DNA of 63,904 nucleotides, counting the filler, from Octopus bimaculoides (Eukaryota): assembly GCF_001194135.2 (NCBI RefSeq). It is 5 parts of 5 records of this genome, joined end to end, with 100 filler letters (N's around TTAATTAATTAA, not from the genome) between each part and the next. Parts side by side here need not be neighbours in the genome. Positions count along the whole stretch, not along the records: positions 1 to 16,711 come from NC_068982.1; 4 more parts are not named here. One strand, 5' to 3'. The translations under genes were made by a program, and so were the position numbers. The notes below the pieces were generated by a model. It saw only the letters and a program-made list of their open reading frames with translations. It had not been told where the DNA came from and did not search any database. Numbering within the stretch: position 1 is the first letter of the stretch; each line of letters begins with the position of its first letter. Of this stretch, positions 1-13,290 are shown piece by piece.

Positions 1-734
1 TGTGTGTGTGTGTGTGTGTGTATTTGACCAGAAACGATAAGACTCAATACAAATGAAGATTATTCTTAAACGCATTATAACTGAAAGACTCCGATTTTCG
101 GTACTCAGAGTTGCTCGCTTCCGATTATCATATGGTAAACCGAGCCTGGTTTTCTTCTGAATATTTACTGTCTGAATATGTTTTGTAATATAATATGAAA
201 GTTTGAAGGAAACTCTTATCGTTATATTCTTTCGTTTAAAACCTTTGTTAACGACGAATGCGGAAACGGTTGCTCCAAGTTCATGCGTTTGATTTCATGC
301 TTGGTTCTCATGGTAATAATATCATGAACATCATAAATTCCATACAATCGAAGTCATGAAATTCTGTTGCTTTTTAAGCAATGTTTCAAAATAATATTTT
401 TAAATAATCCCTTTAATTAATATTTTTACTTATTGTTTTGAAAAAAACAATAAAGGTGTATGCGGATATTCATTATGAATGCGCCTGTACAGACGCATAC
501 ATATGTACATATGTACGCTCATAGACACACATGTATACACAGAATTATATATACTTAAGCATACGTGTATACATACATGTACACATATATGCATACGCTT
601 ATATACATATATTCACATATAGACACGTACACACAAATATTTAAATATATATCAATAAAACCGATTAATTAAATATTTCGAAAACCAAAGTTTTTTCTGA
701 ACCTGAGCGAAATTCAAGAAGGCTTGTATTTGCA

Positions 735-1100
735 TTCGTCAGCGAAGCGATGCCAAAACTTAGCTGCATGCGTACAAGGCGTTAACAGTTCAATTCTTTT
801 GTTTCAAATATTGGTGCCTTGGGTCAAAATTCTCAGTTTTTCACTCAAATAAAGGTTACATTGCCTCTTTGATCAGAGGTTCCTGTTCCTGCAAGGTTGC
901 GTATTATCTAAAATAGGCCAGGTAATTCTGAATTCATAATAGCTTGTCTCACATAAGAACCATATAAAATTTGCCAAAACCATGGCATATTTTCTGTCGA
1001 GGTTGACAAATGAATGTTTATGCCTGTAATAACGCTTTTTGAATATGAGTCCCGTTGCCCTAATATGTCTTAATTTAATCACTGCTGTTTGATTCAGTTT
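735..1100 (-). mobile_element. Penelope-like element remnant, GIY-YIG endonuclease C-terminus
   Basis: Minus-strand translation HIRATGLIFKKRYYRHKHSF..LANFIWFL..ITWPILDNTQPC..RQCNLYLSEKLRIL..NKRIELLTPCTH matches the Penelope GIY-YIG pattern (YIG..FKxRYxxHxxSF..LSxxIW..CNLCLxEK..LNKRxEL..CRH). It contains stops. Confidence 0.75.
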
Positions 1101-1129
1101 ATGCACACTGTATACTATTGACTTTCTCA

Positions 1130-1310
1130 GAGAGTTATGATGAACCGCTATGTTACGGAGACGTAAACAAACCTACCCCGGACCTCTTTTTGTTCGCGTC
1201 AACTAAATCAACCCACAAGGCTTTGGTCGGCCCGGAACTATAGTAGAAGACATTTGCCCAGAATCGTGTGGATGTAAAGCAGACTTCTTACCACAAAGCT
1301 ACTCGTCGGC
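1130..1310 (-). mobile_element. CORE-type tRNA SINE (family B), partial
   Basis: cacaaggctttggtcggcccggaactatagtagaagacatttgccc is the reverse complement of the family-B body at 59605-59947. Confidence 0.75.
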
Positions 1311-1423
1311 CTATGCGAATATTTCATTTTACGAACCTTTTTAATTCGCCAGAGACGTCATTCATCTCTACACCTTCCCTGCTACATCTCCTCAATTTTT
1401 TTCAGCTTCATATTTCTACTTAC

Positions 1424-1462
1424 CTTAATGGCTATGAAATGTTTCCCTTGTACAATTATAAA
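1424..1462 (-). CDS. candidate 39-nt exon (FIIVQGKHFIAIK, phase 0-0)
   Basis: Perfect donor AAG|GTAAGT, AAG acceptor after a T/C-rich tract, one open frame. No homology recognised. Confidence 0.15.
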
Positions 1463-1923
1463 CTTTCATAGATACATGACAGAAAGAAAATTCATTCCCA
1501 GGAGATTAGGTAATAAACTTACTCACTTGCCCTTATCTATGTATCTATGATATATATACAGGAAGAGAGAGAGAGAGGGGGAGAGGGAGAGAGACAGACA
1601 GACAGGCAGACAGACAGATAAATATTTCCCAAATAATTTCGTAGCTTCCGTTGCGCGAATTATTCGTCACCAGACAACGCTTCCCTTTGGTTTTTCAGGC
1701 TTTATATAAAGTAGGCTTGTCATGGTTTTCATTTATTAGGTGGAGAAATTTAAATGAAAATTAGGTCTGGATTACACAAATACGATGAAGAGTCGTGAAA
1801 GAACGGGGATGAATGTAAACAATACATAGTATAATCTGTAAATTGTGTTGGAGGAAGGAAAATATTGAAGTCAGGGAGGGATCGTGGATCAGGGCAAGGG
1901 GCGTAGACCTAATTTTTCCTTAC

Positions 1924-1998
1924 CATCGTCTACTTTTTGTGCATTTTGATTCCTGGTTTCCCCGAAACGTCTGATACGCTTCTGTGTTCTTGATGTTG
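1924..1998 (-). CDS. candidate 75-nt exon (ATSRTQKRIRRFGETRNQNAQKVDDG, phase 1-1), or UTR exon ending in ATG
   Basis: Donor GATG|GTAAGG at 1924/1923 and weak acceptor ctgtacag. Higher complexity and CpG content than the flanks. Confidence 0.2.
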
Positions 1999-2328
1999 CT
2001 GTACAGTTATATAATTTGGCGTCGTTATTTTCAAGATAGGGATGTAAGTGCTGTTGCTGTTGATGATGTTATTTTGGCTGTAAATATTCAAAGTTGAATT
2101 AGGAGAGGAACTGCTAAAGCTCTTCAGAAATTTAGTGGTATACATACTTATNNNNNNNNNNNNNNNNNNNNNNNNNNNNNNNNNNNNNNNNNNNNNNNNN
2201 NNNNNNNNNNNNNNNNNNNNNNNNNNNNNNNNNNNNNNNNNNNNNNNNNNNNNNNNNNNNNNNNNNNNNNNNNNNNNNNNNNNNNNNNNNNNNNNNNNNN
2301 NNNNNNNNNNNNNNNNNNNNNNNNNNNN

Positions 2329-2370
<42 letters not shown>

Positions 2371-2428
2371 GAAACATATATATACGTGTGTGTGTGTGTG
2401 TGCGTACATATATGTAATATAATACAAC

Positions 2429-2467
<39 letters not shown>

Positions 2468-2872
2468 GAGGGAAAAGAGAGAGATATAAAAAAGAAAAAA
2501 TATATAAAAGAAACATTATTTTTGAGAGACAACTGGAGAAGCAGAAAAGCAGAGACATGAAAGATATGTATACGTATGTAGATATGAGGGAAAAGATGTA
2601 GCAAAGATTAAAAAAAGAACTACGATAGCTAGCTAGATACGAAAAAGAGGGGTTTTTTTTCAAAGGAGAGAAAATGGAAATGACTGAGAGAATGAAAATG
2701 AGGAAAGTGAAGAAGTGAAAGCGAAAAATATTTTAGTAAAATTTTTCTCGGGTAACATTAAACTCATCTTTATAATATATAGAAAGTATAGATAAAAAAT
2801 TATACTGCAAAGCATTTCTTTATAAACCCACAAATATACAGTTACTCACATATGAATATATGTACATATACA

Positions 2873-2918
<46 letters not shown>

Positions 2919-3639
2919 TGAGTGTGCGTGTGTGTATACATACAAACATATAGGTTTATATGTTTGTTGGAAAGAACAATAGAAAACAATATTAAATACA
3001 TATTTTAGAGTTTATTTAAGCACACGAATCAGCGACGATCATTTAACACACTATTGTACATTAATACAGGAAGGACCTGCGCTTTGGGATTCTTGCTTCA
3101 CATTCAGTATGTTTTTACAACAAAGTCTGTCACGCGAAATTTCTCCCCAGAAGAAGAGTCTTATACTCTTCTATGTTCTAGGCTACAAGAGCATATGAAA
3201 CATAAATGTTGACATTGTCATTGGACAGAGTGTTTTCATATTAAGGTCGATCATCCTGTCACAAAGTTGACTTTGGGATTTCACTATTTCATTGGCTAAC
3301 ACAGATGAAAGATCAAAATAGTGAAGCAATATTTCTTTAGTGAGGAACACTTATGTCTGGAGCAATGGCAAAATTCTAAAAGCAAAAAATAAAGAAAATA
3401 TTTTTTATTACGATAGCAAAATACCCCTTGTGGGTTTTTTGATACATCTTCGTACAATTTTGCACATACAAATATCTTCTCTTCTGTCAAAGAGATAACG
3501 TATCTCAGTCTACGAGTAGGAGTCAACATATCGACCTAGGTTCACGTCGCATTATTTTCTACTTCTTAAGGTGGCTGTATGTTGTGGTTTCAGCCAATCT
3601 GTAGTTCAAAATATGTATCTAACAAAATATACCTGAACA

Positions 3640-4140
3640 TCTGGAGCTTTTATTTCTTTGTATGAGGTGGGATAAGGAACTTCCTTCATTCCTCATTAAA
3701 TTTTCAAATACTAGAATAACAAAAATGATTACTACACACATAATAACAACAATGACTAATACAGAACCTCTTACTCTTGTCCCCCTTGAAGAAAAGAGTC
3801 TCTCAAGTAATAGCTTTTGTACAATACTGCAACTACTATATCCGCATTTATAGAATCTACAGCGGACCAGTTCATGACACAATACAGCCAACACACACAC
3901 ACACAATTCATGCAATCCAAACAGGAAAAATGATATCTCACTATCCAAACATATATGGACATTAAAATGAGCAATATTCCGCTTAGCATTAATTACCATA
4001 TCTAAGTAGCAACAAACCCTGTCAGCTTTGTACTAATGAATCCGATCAAATTCTCACATTTGAGAATCAAATTCTGAAGAGATACTCCGAAGTAGTCCCT
4101 TCATGCAAGCACAAAATATTCAAAACTGATAGTTTTCTTC
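3640..4140 (+). mobile_element. Penelope-like element remnant (RT-EN linker and GIY-YIG)
   Basis: Frameshifted translation DKELPSFLIKFSN..PLEEKSLSSN..LSKHIWTLK..CQLCTNE..KRYSEVVPSCKHK, colinear with the Penelope GIY-YIG region. Confidence 0.65.
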
Positions 4141-4634
4141 TCACGGCTAAACACGAAAATATTTCACTACGTTTACTCTCTCCCATCTTCACCATAAACT
4201 ATCCCCATGCTATGCTAAGAAAGTAATATTACAACTTCACACTAGACAAATACTGTAGGAATTATCGAAACTTTCCCCAATTTTCAACCAAAATTCCTAC
4301 AACAATATTTTAATATAAGAACATTCTAATATCTGCAAGTATGATGCATGATTAGACTGGCTTAAAAATTATTTTCTATGTATTTCTTTTCTTTTATTTA
4401 TTACTATATATTTCTTTTTTTCATCATCCTTATTTTTATTCTTATTTTTATACATAATTATATGCACAAATTTTAGAATGCCCGGCTTTTGCATATATTC
4501 ATAGGTTAAAAAAATATATTGTAATATACCCAAGCTTCAAACAGAATAGAAGAAATATTTATAAAATCATGGCCAAACGTTGTTTCCATGAAACACAATG
4601 ATTAAAATTTCTAAATAGTAATTAAATAACTTCT

Positions 4635-4800
4635 ACAACAATGAACTTCATGGGGGAAAATACACTGACCAACAACCTTTACACCCACCTACAATCTTTT
4701 GTGAAGATTAAACCATAAGTTATCCTTCTTATACTAACACCACTTTCCGAATAAAATTGAAATATCCTAAATAATACCAGCAGTAAGCAATCTGTCAACT
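4635..4800 (+). mobile_element. Penelope-like RT thumb fragment, heavily decayed
   Basis: Residual NF..NNLYT..NIPK..SNLS pattern downstream of the GIY-YIG remnant. Confidence 0.35.
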
Positions 4801-4956
4801 ATAATTTAGTACCTACGTACATTCTTTTGTAAACCTTTAACAACTCCATTACGTAAAGAAAAATAAACTTGCAAAAAATATTAATTTCTTAGTTTCAAGT
4901 AAAATATAAAAACGAACTTCAGCATATGTATATGTGTTCATGTACGTTTATATTTA

Positions 4957-6169
4957 CAGGGTCTTGCAGATAAACTGAGACCAATTTTAAGTGGTTGATT
5001 TAGTGGGTTTAATATTTCATTCTCTGATAAAACCTTAGTTACTTGAAACTCTAATCCTCCTCTTCATTTTTCAGGTAGAAAAATCCTCTTTATTTTTCAA
5101 TAGAGAACTGATTCGAAAGCAGAATGTCATAGAGTAACAGAATTGTTCTGCCAATGTTGTTTTCACGCGTGCTGGGCACACTGCCAATAAAATTGTTCAG
5201 TTCACGAAACTTCCAAACGTAACAGTTTATCGTGTGTATAAACAATTTAAAGAAGAGCGAAAGATTGATAGAAGACTCGAAGTGATTCCAAGCGCAATCC
5301 AATTTCTCGTTGACCTCAAACGCTCGATTGAAGCCAACCCATCCACATTCATGACAAATCTTGCAAAGAAATGCAATGTGTCCCTTTCTATGGTGTCCAG
5401 AGCTGTGAACAGGAACCATGGCATGACTAGTTATGTTCGACAACGCCGTCATCTCTTAATAGCCAAAGCTGAGAGATGTCCAAAGCTTCTGTCACTCATC
5501 AAGTATCAAGGTGCAGGAAAATTTTCTCGTGTTTATGGACTAGAAGTTCACTGTGGACGCTGAGGTGAATCATAGAAATTGTTGAGTGATTATATACAAC
5601 CCTTCTGGCGAGTCCCTTATGTTTGAGACTAATAATCTTGCTTCTGTGTTGAGATTTGGAGCCGTGGCTAGTGATAGCAGTGTCAGGGATCCACACTTCA
5701 TTGATTCTGGCTTGAAGATCGGCACAAAGAAATATCTGGACATCCTGAAGAACTCTCTATTGCCTTAGATGGAGCAATGTGGTGCTTATCCAGGATTTTG
5801 CACCGTGACATGTGTGAAAACAACACGGGCCTTCCTTGGTGAGAAGGTGCCATTCTTTGTGAGGGCCAACATCTAACCCAGTAATAGCCCAGATCTTAAC
5901 CATCTCGATCGCTTTTCATGGGTCGTACTTCAAACAAGGACCAATGCTTCACTACATCTGAGTGTCAACAATTTGAAGACCTGCATCGTGTGTACAGAGG
6001 TTGCGGCAGCTACAAAATATTTCATTCTCGTGTGGAGGCAGTAATTGCAATAATGTTTTGCTGTAATAAATATTATATTAAAATTATATCTGTCTACTGT
6101 CACTATTTTAGTATTTATAACCAGTTTTCTGCATCGTAAAAATTATCTCAGTTTATCTGCAAGACCCTG
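4957..6169 (+). mobile_element. Tc1/mariner (maT/DD37D-like) transposon, both ends intact, transposase pseudogenised
   Basis: Perfect 24-bp TIRs CAGGGTCTTGCAGATAAACTGAGA (4957-4980 and 6146-6169) with TA TSDs. Internal frames SIEANPSTFMTNLAKKCNVS..RRHLL, FGAVASD..PHFIDSGLKIGTKKYLDILKNSLLP and PSNSPDLNHLD. Confidence 0.92.
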
Positions 6170-8018
6170 TATTTACATGTGTATGCACATATGTATGTAA
6201 TTACCTGAAGGTAGAGTTTGTTTCTCGGAAGCCCAAATTTCTTTTCCAGCAATAGTGATTATATTTTAAGTACTCTTCAATGATTTTTGAAAGCATTAAA
6301 CTAATGCTAAACGGTATTACAGATTTGTCACTTCTACATTGTTGCACGATTTTCTATTTATTGCATTTCAAAATATTGTACTGCAACTGTCATAGTTTAT
6401 TAATTATTGATATTGACTGCGTTAGTCTTGATACAACTTAAGTAAATTTTTGATTTTTGTTTTGTTTTACGGCTGTTTCCATGTGGCTTGAAGACTATTT
6501 GTTTCATGCATGTAAAGTCATCTGATTCAATCCTTTCATTCTCCTTTTTCAAATTAAATTCTGATAGTTCAAGAAAACAATTAGTAATTTAGAATGCACA
6601 GTCTCGAATGTAAAACATTACACTCTTTTTTCAAAGATATTCATCATTTGCTGAACTTAATTCTAGTTGATTCAAACCGCTAACACAAGAGCCTTCTCCC
6701 GCTTAAAGCAATTCACTTCTAACCAAATATAATGCAAATCCATAGCGTTAGCCATCGAAAATTCGTCTATTTCATAGTGCTTCTACAATATTATAAGTAC
6801 GGTATTCATCATTTATGATAGTAAATATCATGAGGTAGAGGATGTATATCGATTAACTATCGGTTGGTGGCTTGATAATTTATCAGCACAGATAAATGTG
6901 ATTCTCTTTAAATCAGTTAGTTAATCGGTTTACTAACCTTATAGTTTAACAAAATGTATACACTACCTTTGATCAGTGAATTATTCGAGTAATTTTATGG
7001 ATTATATACCCATATAAATAAACATTTATTTGACTTATTTCAACCTATAACATTTATCAGCCAGAATTTATATTCTTATATACAATAACTGAGTCCTTCC
7101 AATCATAAATCCACCATGAGTAGATTACTCGACAGACATAGTGAATAGCCAGCTGCTAGCTTGCTCAACTATATGAATCTATCTCAAAATATTAAATTTA
7201 TCAACTAAGCTGGAATGTTGCAATCGCTATATTTATATAACGTTTCTATGGACTGAAAAGGTATTGATAGAATAAAACGGTTTTCAAAGTATGTTTGCAT
7301 CTTTATGCATGTTGTTTCTGCTATATTCACGTTTAAGTTCAACATATCGAAATACACTACAAAAATACTGCAGGGAATATGCTAGTCGTTAAGAATATTA
7401 AAAAAATGAATAATACTTGAATAATACAAACGAATGGTTACATAAAAGTTTAGTATTAAAGCAATATCATGGGGATAACTTTTATGGTTCTTCTAATGGT
7501 TTATTGCATATCAGAAACATTGAAGTCCAAACAATCAAACTAGATTTTAAATGCTTTGGGAAGAATTCGAGTGGTTCCATCTTCTAACACTAATCTGACC
7601 ATGAAAGCTGAATGAAGTATTGCAAAATAGTAAAATATGGAGCTTGTATTATATTTTGTTTGAAAAAATATATTTGGAAAAAAAGATGATAGAAAAAAAC
7701 TCAGTACATATTTCGGTTTTATATTCGCCACATTGAGAAACGCAGATTGCAAAAAATAATAGTAAAATCATAATTTGTACCGCAATGACATTTAAATTTC
7801 ACATTACACACACAAATAAACGTTAAATTTTGTCATTGATATAATACGAAACCTCGGATATGTAGTTAGTAATCCATCACACTGTATAGTAGAAAAAGTA
7901 TTTCCAATATACTGGAAATAAGCAAGCATCATAAAATTCCAAATAAAATATTTATAAATGTTGTTCATTTCTATTATCCAGTGCTGGAAAAGCATATAAG
8001 GTATACACGCACACATAA

Positions 8019-8064
<46 letters not shown>

Positions 8065-8234
8065 TGTATGTATGCATGCATGCATGTATGTATGTATGTA
8101 TGTATATATTTATGCATATATATAGTAAAACTAAGTATAGAGAAAATCACATCTTCAATTCTAGAATTCACCTTACAAAGACGACAATTGTTTCTCTTTC
8201 GTTGTTTCATCATATTTAGATATAGAAAATATTG

Positions 8235-8400
8235 ACTATGGCCATGCAGGGGCACCGCCTTTAAGGGTTTTAATCGAACAAATCAAGCCCGGACTTATTT
8301 TTTAAAGCCTAGTACTTTATCTACATTATCTGCTAAGTTACAAGGACGCAAACATACTAACACCGGTTGTCAAATGGTGATGGTAGACAAACACATATAT
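8235..8400 (-). mobile_element. CORE-type SINE (family B), 3' half
   Basis: gactatggccatgcaggggcaccgcc...cctagtact...caccggttgtcaa is the reverse complement of the family-B tail. Confidence 0.75.
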
Positions 8401-8858
8401 ATATATATATAGATGGGAAACTCGCATATATATACATTGACAGTTTTCTCACCTTCCTGCAATATTTAAAATCCTGATAGTTAATATTATTAACACAGTG
8501 TCTAACCTCACTTCTTCCAAAGGAATTTTCAAGAAATCTGTCCTCTATTTATAACAAGGCGCTAGTCAATAGTGGCTTCAAAGATAAATTAACATATAAT
8601 CCATCTAGTAATAATCAAAATATTAATCATAGCTATAATGGCATCAAAGATAAAGTAGTACATAACCACTTTAGTATTAATTAGATAATAAAAAAAACCA
8701 AAACAGGTCAACGAAAATTATTTGATTCGCCCCTCCCAGTACTTAACACAACAAAGCTCATACAAAGCTTTACATTTTACTTTTGACAATCTTTTTTTAA
8801 AAAAATGTAACCGGTCAAATGAATATATATTTCCACTCGTACGGTACCTTACAACTTT

Positions 8859-8894
<36 letters not shown>

Positions 8895-10674
8895 TACTGT
8901 ATAAAGGTATATACTCCTATATACTCATGCATATACTCATATATTGTTTGTATCACGACAGAACGCACGCGTTACCTTTATACANNNNNNNNNNNNNNNN
9001 NNNNNNNNNNNNNNNNNNNNNNNNNNNNNNNNNNNNNNNNNNNNNNNNNNNNNNNNNNNNNNNNNNNNNNNNNNNNNNNNNNNNNNNNNNNNNNNNNNNN
9101 NNNNNNNNNNNNNNNNNNNNNNNNNNNNNNNNNNNNNNNNNNNNNNNNNNNNNNNNNNNNNNNNNNNNNNNNNNNNNNNNNNNNNNNNNNNNNNNNNNNN
9201 NNNNNNNNNNNNNNNNNNNNNNNNNNNNNNNNNNNNNNNNNNNNNNNNNNNNNNNNNNNNNNNNNNNNNNNNNNNNNNNNNNNNNNNNNNNNNNNNNNNN
9301 NNNNNNNNNNNNNNNNNNNNNNNNNNNNNNNNNNNNNNNNNNNNNNNNNNNNNNNNNNNNNNNNNNNNNNNNNNNNNNNNNNNNNNNNNNNNNNNNNNNN
9401 NNNNNNNNNNNNNNNNNNNNNNNNNNNNNNNNNNNNNNNNNNNNNNNNNNNNNNNNNNNNNNNNNNNNNNNNNNNNNNNNNNNNNNNNNNNNNNNNNNNN
9501 NNNNNNNNNNNNNNNNNNNNNNNNNNNNNNNNNNNNNNNNNNNNNNNNNNNNNNNNNNNNNNNNNNNNNNNNNNNNNNNNNNNNNNNNNNNNNNNNNNNN
9601 NNNNNNNNNNNNNNNNNNNNNNNNNNNNNNNNNNNNNNNNNNNNNNNNNNNNNNNNNNNNNNNNNNNNNNNNNNNNNNNNNNNNNNNNNNNNNNNNNNNN
9701 NNNNNNNNNNNNNNNNNNNNNNNNNNNNNNNNNNNNNNNNNNNNNNNNNNNNNNNNNNNNNNNNNNNNNNNNNNNNNNNNNNNGGACTGAACCCAGAATT
9801 ACGTGGTTGGGAAGCAACTTTTCACCACACAACGTTTTCGAGGTGATCTAAAATTAGTTAAATTCAAAATGATCTTCGGAAATATTGACAATTCCATATG
9901 TCATCTTGTATTATATGATTATTTCTAAATTAATTTTATCAAATTTGAATGTTGTCTTACATTTCGGAAGGCATTTAAGACTATAAATTATAATTGCTGT
10001 TTATTTGTTATATGCATAATAAGCATAATTATTCTAAACATGTTTACTATCTTTAATAAACAGATAACTAATTGCCGTGACGTAAAATCTTTGTTTCAAA
10101 TTGTCGTAATGTAGAATTCTTGTATATTTTTTATTCCCTCGTTATCCACTGACGTTACCAAAAGTACGAAAAATAGCTTTTCTTTGATTATATTTCTTCT
10201 TAACGTTCTTTTCGTATGCAATCGTGTACTGGAAATATTTCCTCAATTCACTTTGAATTTAAATAATTCTAGATCGTTTTGAAAATGTTGTGTTAACATG
10301 TATATTCGGAAATATGAATTTCAATTACATTATCTTATCTAAATATATTAATACAACAGACACAATTGTCGACTTTGTAAGGGTATTTGCTACAATCGAA
10401 GATTTTCTCTATGCGTATTTTTGTTGTCAAATACTCTGAATTTCTCAAAATTCTTCTAAATGATATTTGGATCTAATTGTTGTACATGAAGAATTACCTT
10501 GGATGTGTATTCTACTTGCCTTTATTGGTATCTGATTGTTTAAAATTGTTTCACTGATATCTGCCTGGATTTTTAATCCCCTTTTATTCTTCTTCTCCTT
10601 ATATATTAAAAGTAATGGTATGACAACAAAAGAATGAATGAGACTTCGATATTATGTAAACAGAGGAATTTATC

Positions 10675-11056
10675 TGTAATGTAGTATGTGACAATTATTC
10701 GGTTGCCATAATAAGACTCCGAGTTTCGGGGTGGAAACTTGCTCCGGCATCTCGTCAATTATCGAGGCAATCTAAAAAGCTATAAAAATGACTGTTAAAT
10801 GCTATGAGCATTTTTTCTTCATTACCTTTTACTTTCTCCCCTTCGGTTTTTCCTCTTATTTAATGGTCATTCTAATAGCTCTTTTGTCTTAATAACGGTC
10901 AATTACATAGTAATTTCCCTTTGTTTAACGGTCATTTTCATAGCATTTTTTGATTGTCTCGATAATTGACGAGATGCCGGAGCAGGTTTCCGCCCCGACA
11001 TCCGAAACTAGGAGTCTTATTATGGCAACCGAATAATTGTTACATATTATATTACA
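10675..11056. repeat. inverted repeat (arms 10675-10799 and 10924-11056) carrying hammerhead-like motifs, probably Penelope pseudo-LTR derived
   Basis: The arms are reverse-complementary, sharing acaattattcggttgccataataagactcc and gctccggcatctcgtcaattatcga. The spacer holds degenerate ttaacggtcatt subrepeats. Confidence 0.85.
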
Positions 11057-11074
11057 TATATATATATATAGCCG

Positions 11075-11860
11075 GGAGATGGTGTCAATGTGCTGGTCTT
11101 CTGAAGGACACTTGCTTTCAGCCGTCTGAACTACGGCTTTCAACCATGGCTAAATCACAGAGTCAAATTAACAGCGAAACTAAAGGCAATTCATCGACAC
11201 TACATCAATAGGATTGCTTCAGGTGAGCTACATGGAGAGACAAAAAGAATTGCGAACTGACAAAAACGTTAGCACTCCGGGCGAAGTGCTTAGCGGTATT
11301 TCGTCTGCCATTACGTTCTGAGCTCAAATTCCGCTGCGGTTGACTTTGCCTTTCATCCTATCGGGGTCGATAACTTAAGTACCATTTATGCACTGGGGTC
11401 GATGTAATCGACTTAATCCCTTTGTCTGTCCTTGTTTGTTCCGTTTATGTTTAGCCCCTTGTTGGCAATAAAGAAATAAGAAAGAATTACAGCTCTACTC
11501 TTTGGAGAAATATCGAGAAATATATGCGATGATACACATATGGAAGATTTTTGAAGTTATGGCACCAAACTTTGGGATCGAAAGTAAAAACCAACCACCT
11601 GCACAGTACGGAATGTCCGGACCATCCAGAGTAGAGTAAGAACCATGGACTGCAATAGCTTAGCTTTCAAGGCCATACAGTTGTTTAATATCTTTAAATC
11701 TTGAGGTATGTACATGGAGTAGGAGCAGGTGGTTTCAAGAGAAAACATGGATCTTCGGCTGTTCAAGATCTCAGATGAGCTACTATCACAGTAAAAAACT
11801 ATCAGATCCCTTCATTCATTAAACACCATTCATATAAGAATGGTCATTGAAAAGATGATG
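11075..11860 (+). mobile_element. CR1/L2-like LINE, 3' ORF2 fragment interrupted by a SINE
   Basis: SRLNYGFQPWLNHRVKLTAKLKAIHRHYINRIAS..ERQKELQLYS..MIHIWKIFEVMAPNFGIES..CNSLAFKAIQLFNI, continuous across the 11252-11480 insertion. Confidence 0.8.
11252..11480 (+). mobile_element. tRNA-derived SINE (family A)
   Basis: tRNA-like head, central ttgcctttcatcct..ggggtcgataa..aagtacc domain (recalled as Meta-type, unverified), 8-bp TSD aaagaatt. Confidence 0.9.
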
Positions 11861-12221
11861 AAAATGACACAGCCTTATAGATGACATAACACCAGAAAGG
11901 TGTTATATATATCTGCTTCTGCTATAGGATGCAATGGGCTCGTAGTTGAGTGCCTGAAACATATATATACAGAGAGAGAGGAGGGAGAATTCTGCACTGT
12001 TCTGAAAAATTTGCATAATGAATTCTACACCGGGCTTTTAGTCTCGCAATGTCTAAGCGAATATATATATGTTTCTGGGATATTAGGGATATCCCTTCAT
12101 CGAATTCAATGTGAGATGATTAAATAGAGGGAAATAGTAGAGTTCAATATAAGGAGTTATTTTGGAAAAGGGTGGAAATAAGAAGTATAAAGGGTAATTA
12201 TACGCATGAATGCACACATTC

Positions 12222-12312
<91 letters not shown>

Positions 12313-13290
12313 TGTGTGTGTGTGTGTGTATAAAACGGAAAGAAAGGGGAGCAAGAGAGAAAGAGAGAGCATGAGAGAGGGAGAGATGGAGTGAGATCGT
12401 TATTTTGTAAACTCAGCTGAAATCACTGTCTGATTTATAAGGCTTTGCCTCTCGCGTTAGGTTTTGCAGTATTAAATAAGTTCAATATGTGACTCCAGAT
12501 GAAATATTTGGGCAGACACGATATTTCATCCAATGGATCGATAAATTAAGTACTTATAATTGAATAATGATCGAATTCTCCTCAATGAGGGATCTCTTCA
12601 TATGTAAATATAGGTTCTTGCCATTGTATCTAGCAAATAAAAAGGCAACTACGAAAATAAAATATATTTTTCCATTATTCTTTTATTTTTTGTTTCTTTT
12701 CTTGTTCTCTTTGCTAATATCTATTTCTCTTTTTCTCAATACACACGTGTATATACTAACACATACACAACCATTAATACACACATACAGCTTCACAAGC
12801 TGCAGAAAAATGTTATACATATGCGTGTGTGCATGGGTATGTGGGGGGTGTAAATGTATATGCAGACACACACACACACATAACTTGCGTATATAGAACC
12901 ACTATTTTTATGAATGATAACTGATATTTAAATGTTCTCATACGGATTAGTCGATCAAAGTCAAGGCAATAACAACAACAAAAAGCAATAACGATGAAGA
13001 TTGCATTTGTGTTTTTTTTTTTTTTACTAAAATTATATCCAATATTACCCTGTATTCACAGTGAATTTCATGTGAATGCATATACGTTAAGCATATTTAT
13101 GTATATTCACAGGAACATATATATATGCAAACACACAGAACGATGACTTCGCTGAATACAGGCCCCTACCAGTAAGTTTTACCATGCAAAGCAGTACATA
13201 TTCTACTCTCTCCAACGTAGAGCATTATATTTAGTAGCAAAAGTTCTCATTTTTCATTTGTAAAACTTTGATCAGTAAAATAGTTCGAAA

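Noticed and set aside
3060-3600. Complex sequence with a Cys-containing minus ORF (CAKLYEDVSKNPQGVFCY..CHCSRHKC)
   Set aside because: Multiple stops and no TIRs or family motif I can name; left unclassified.
4582-4594. GTTTCCATGAAAC X-box-like site
   Set aside because: A single 13-bp variant in AT-rich sequence between TE remnants, plausible by chance.
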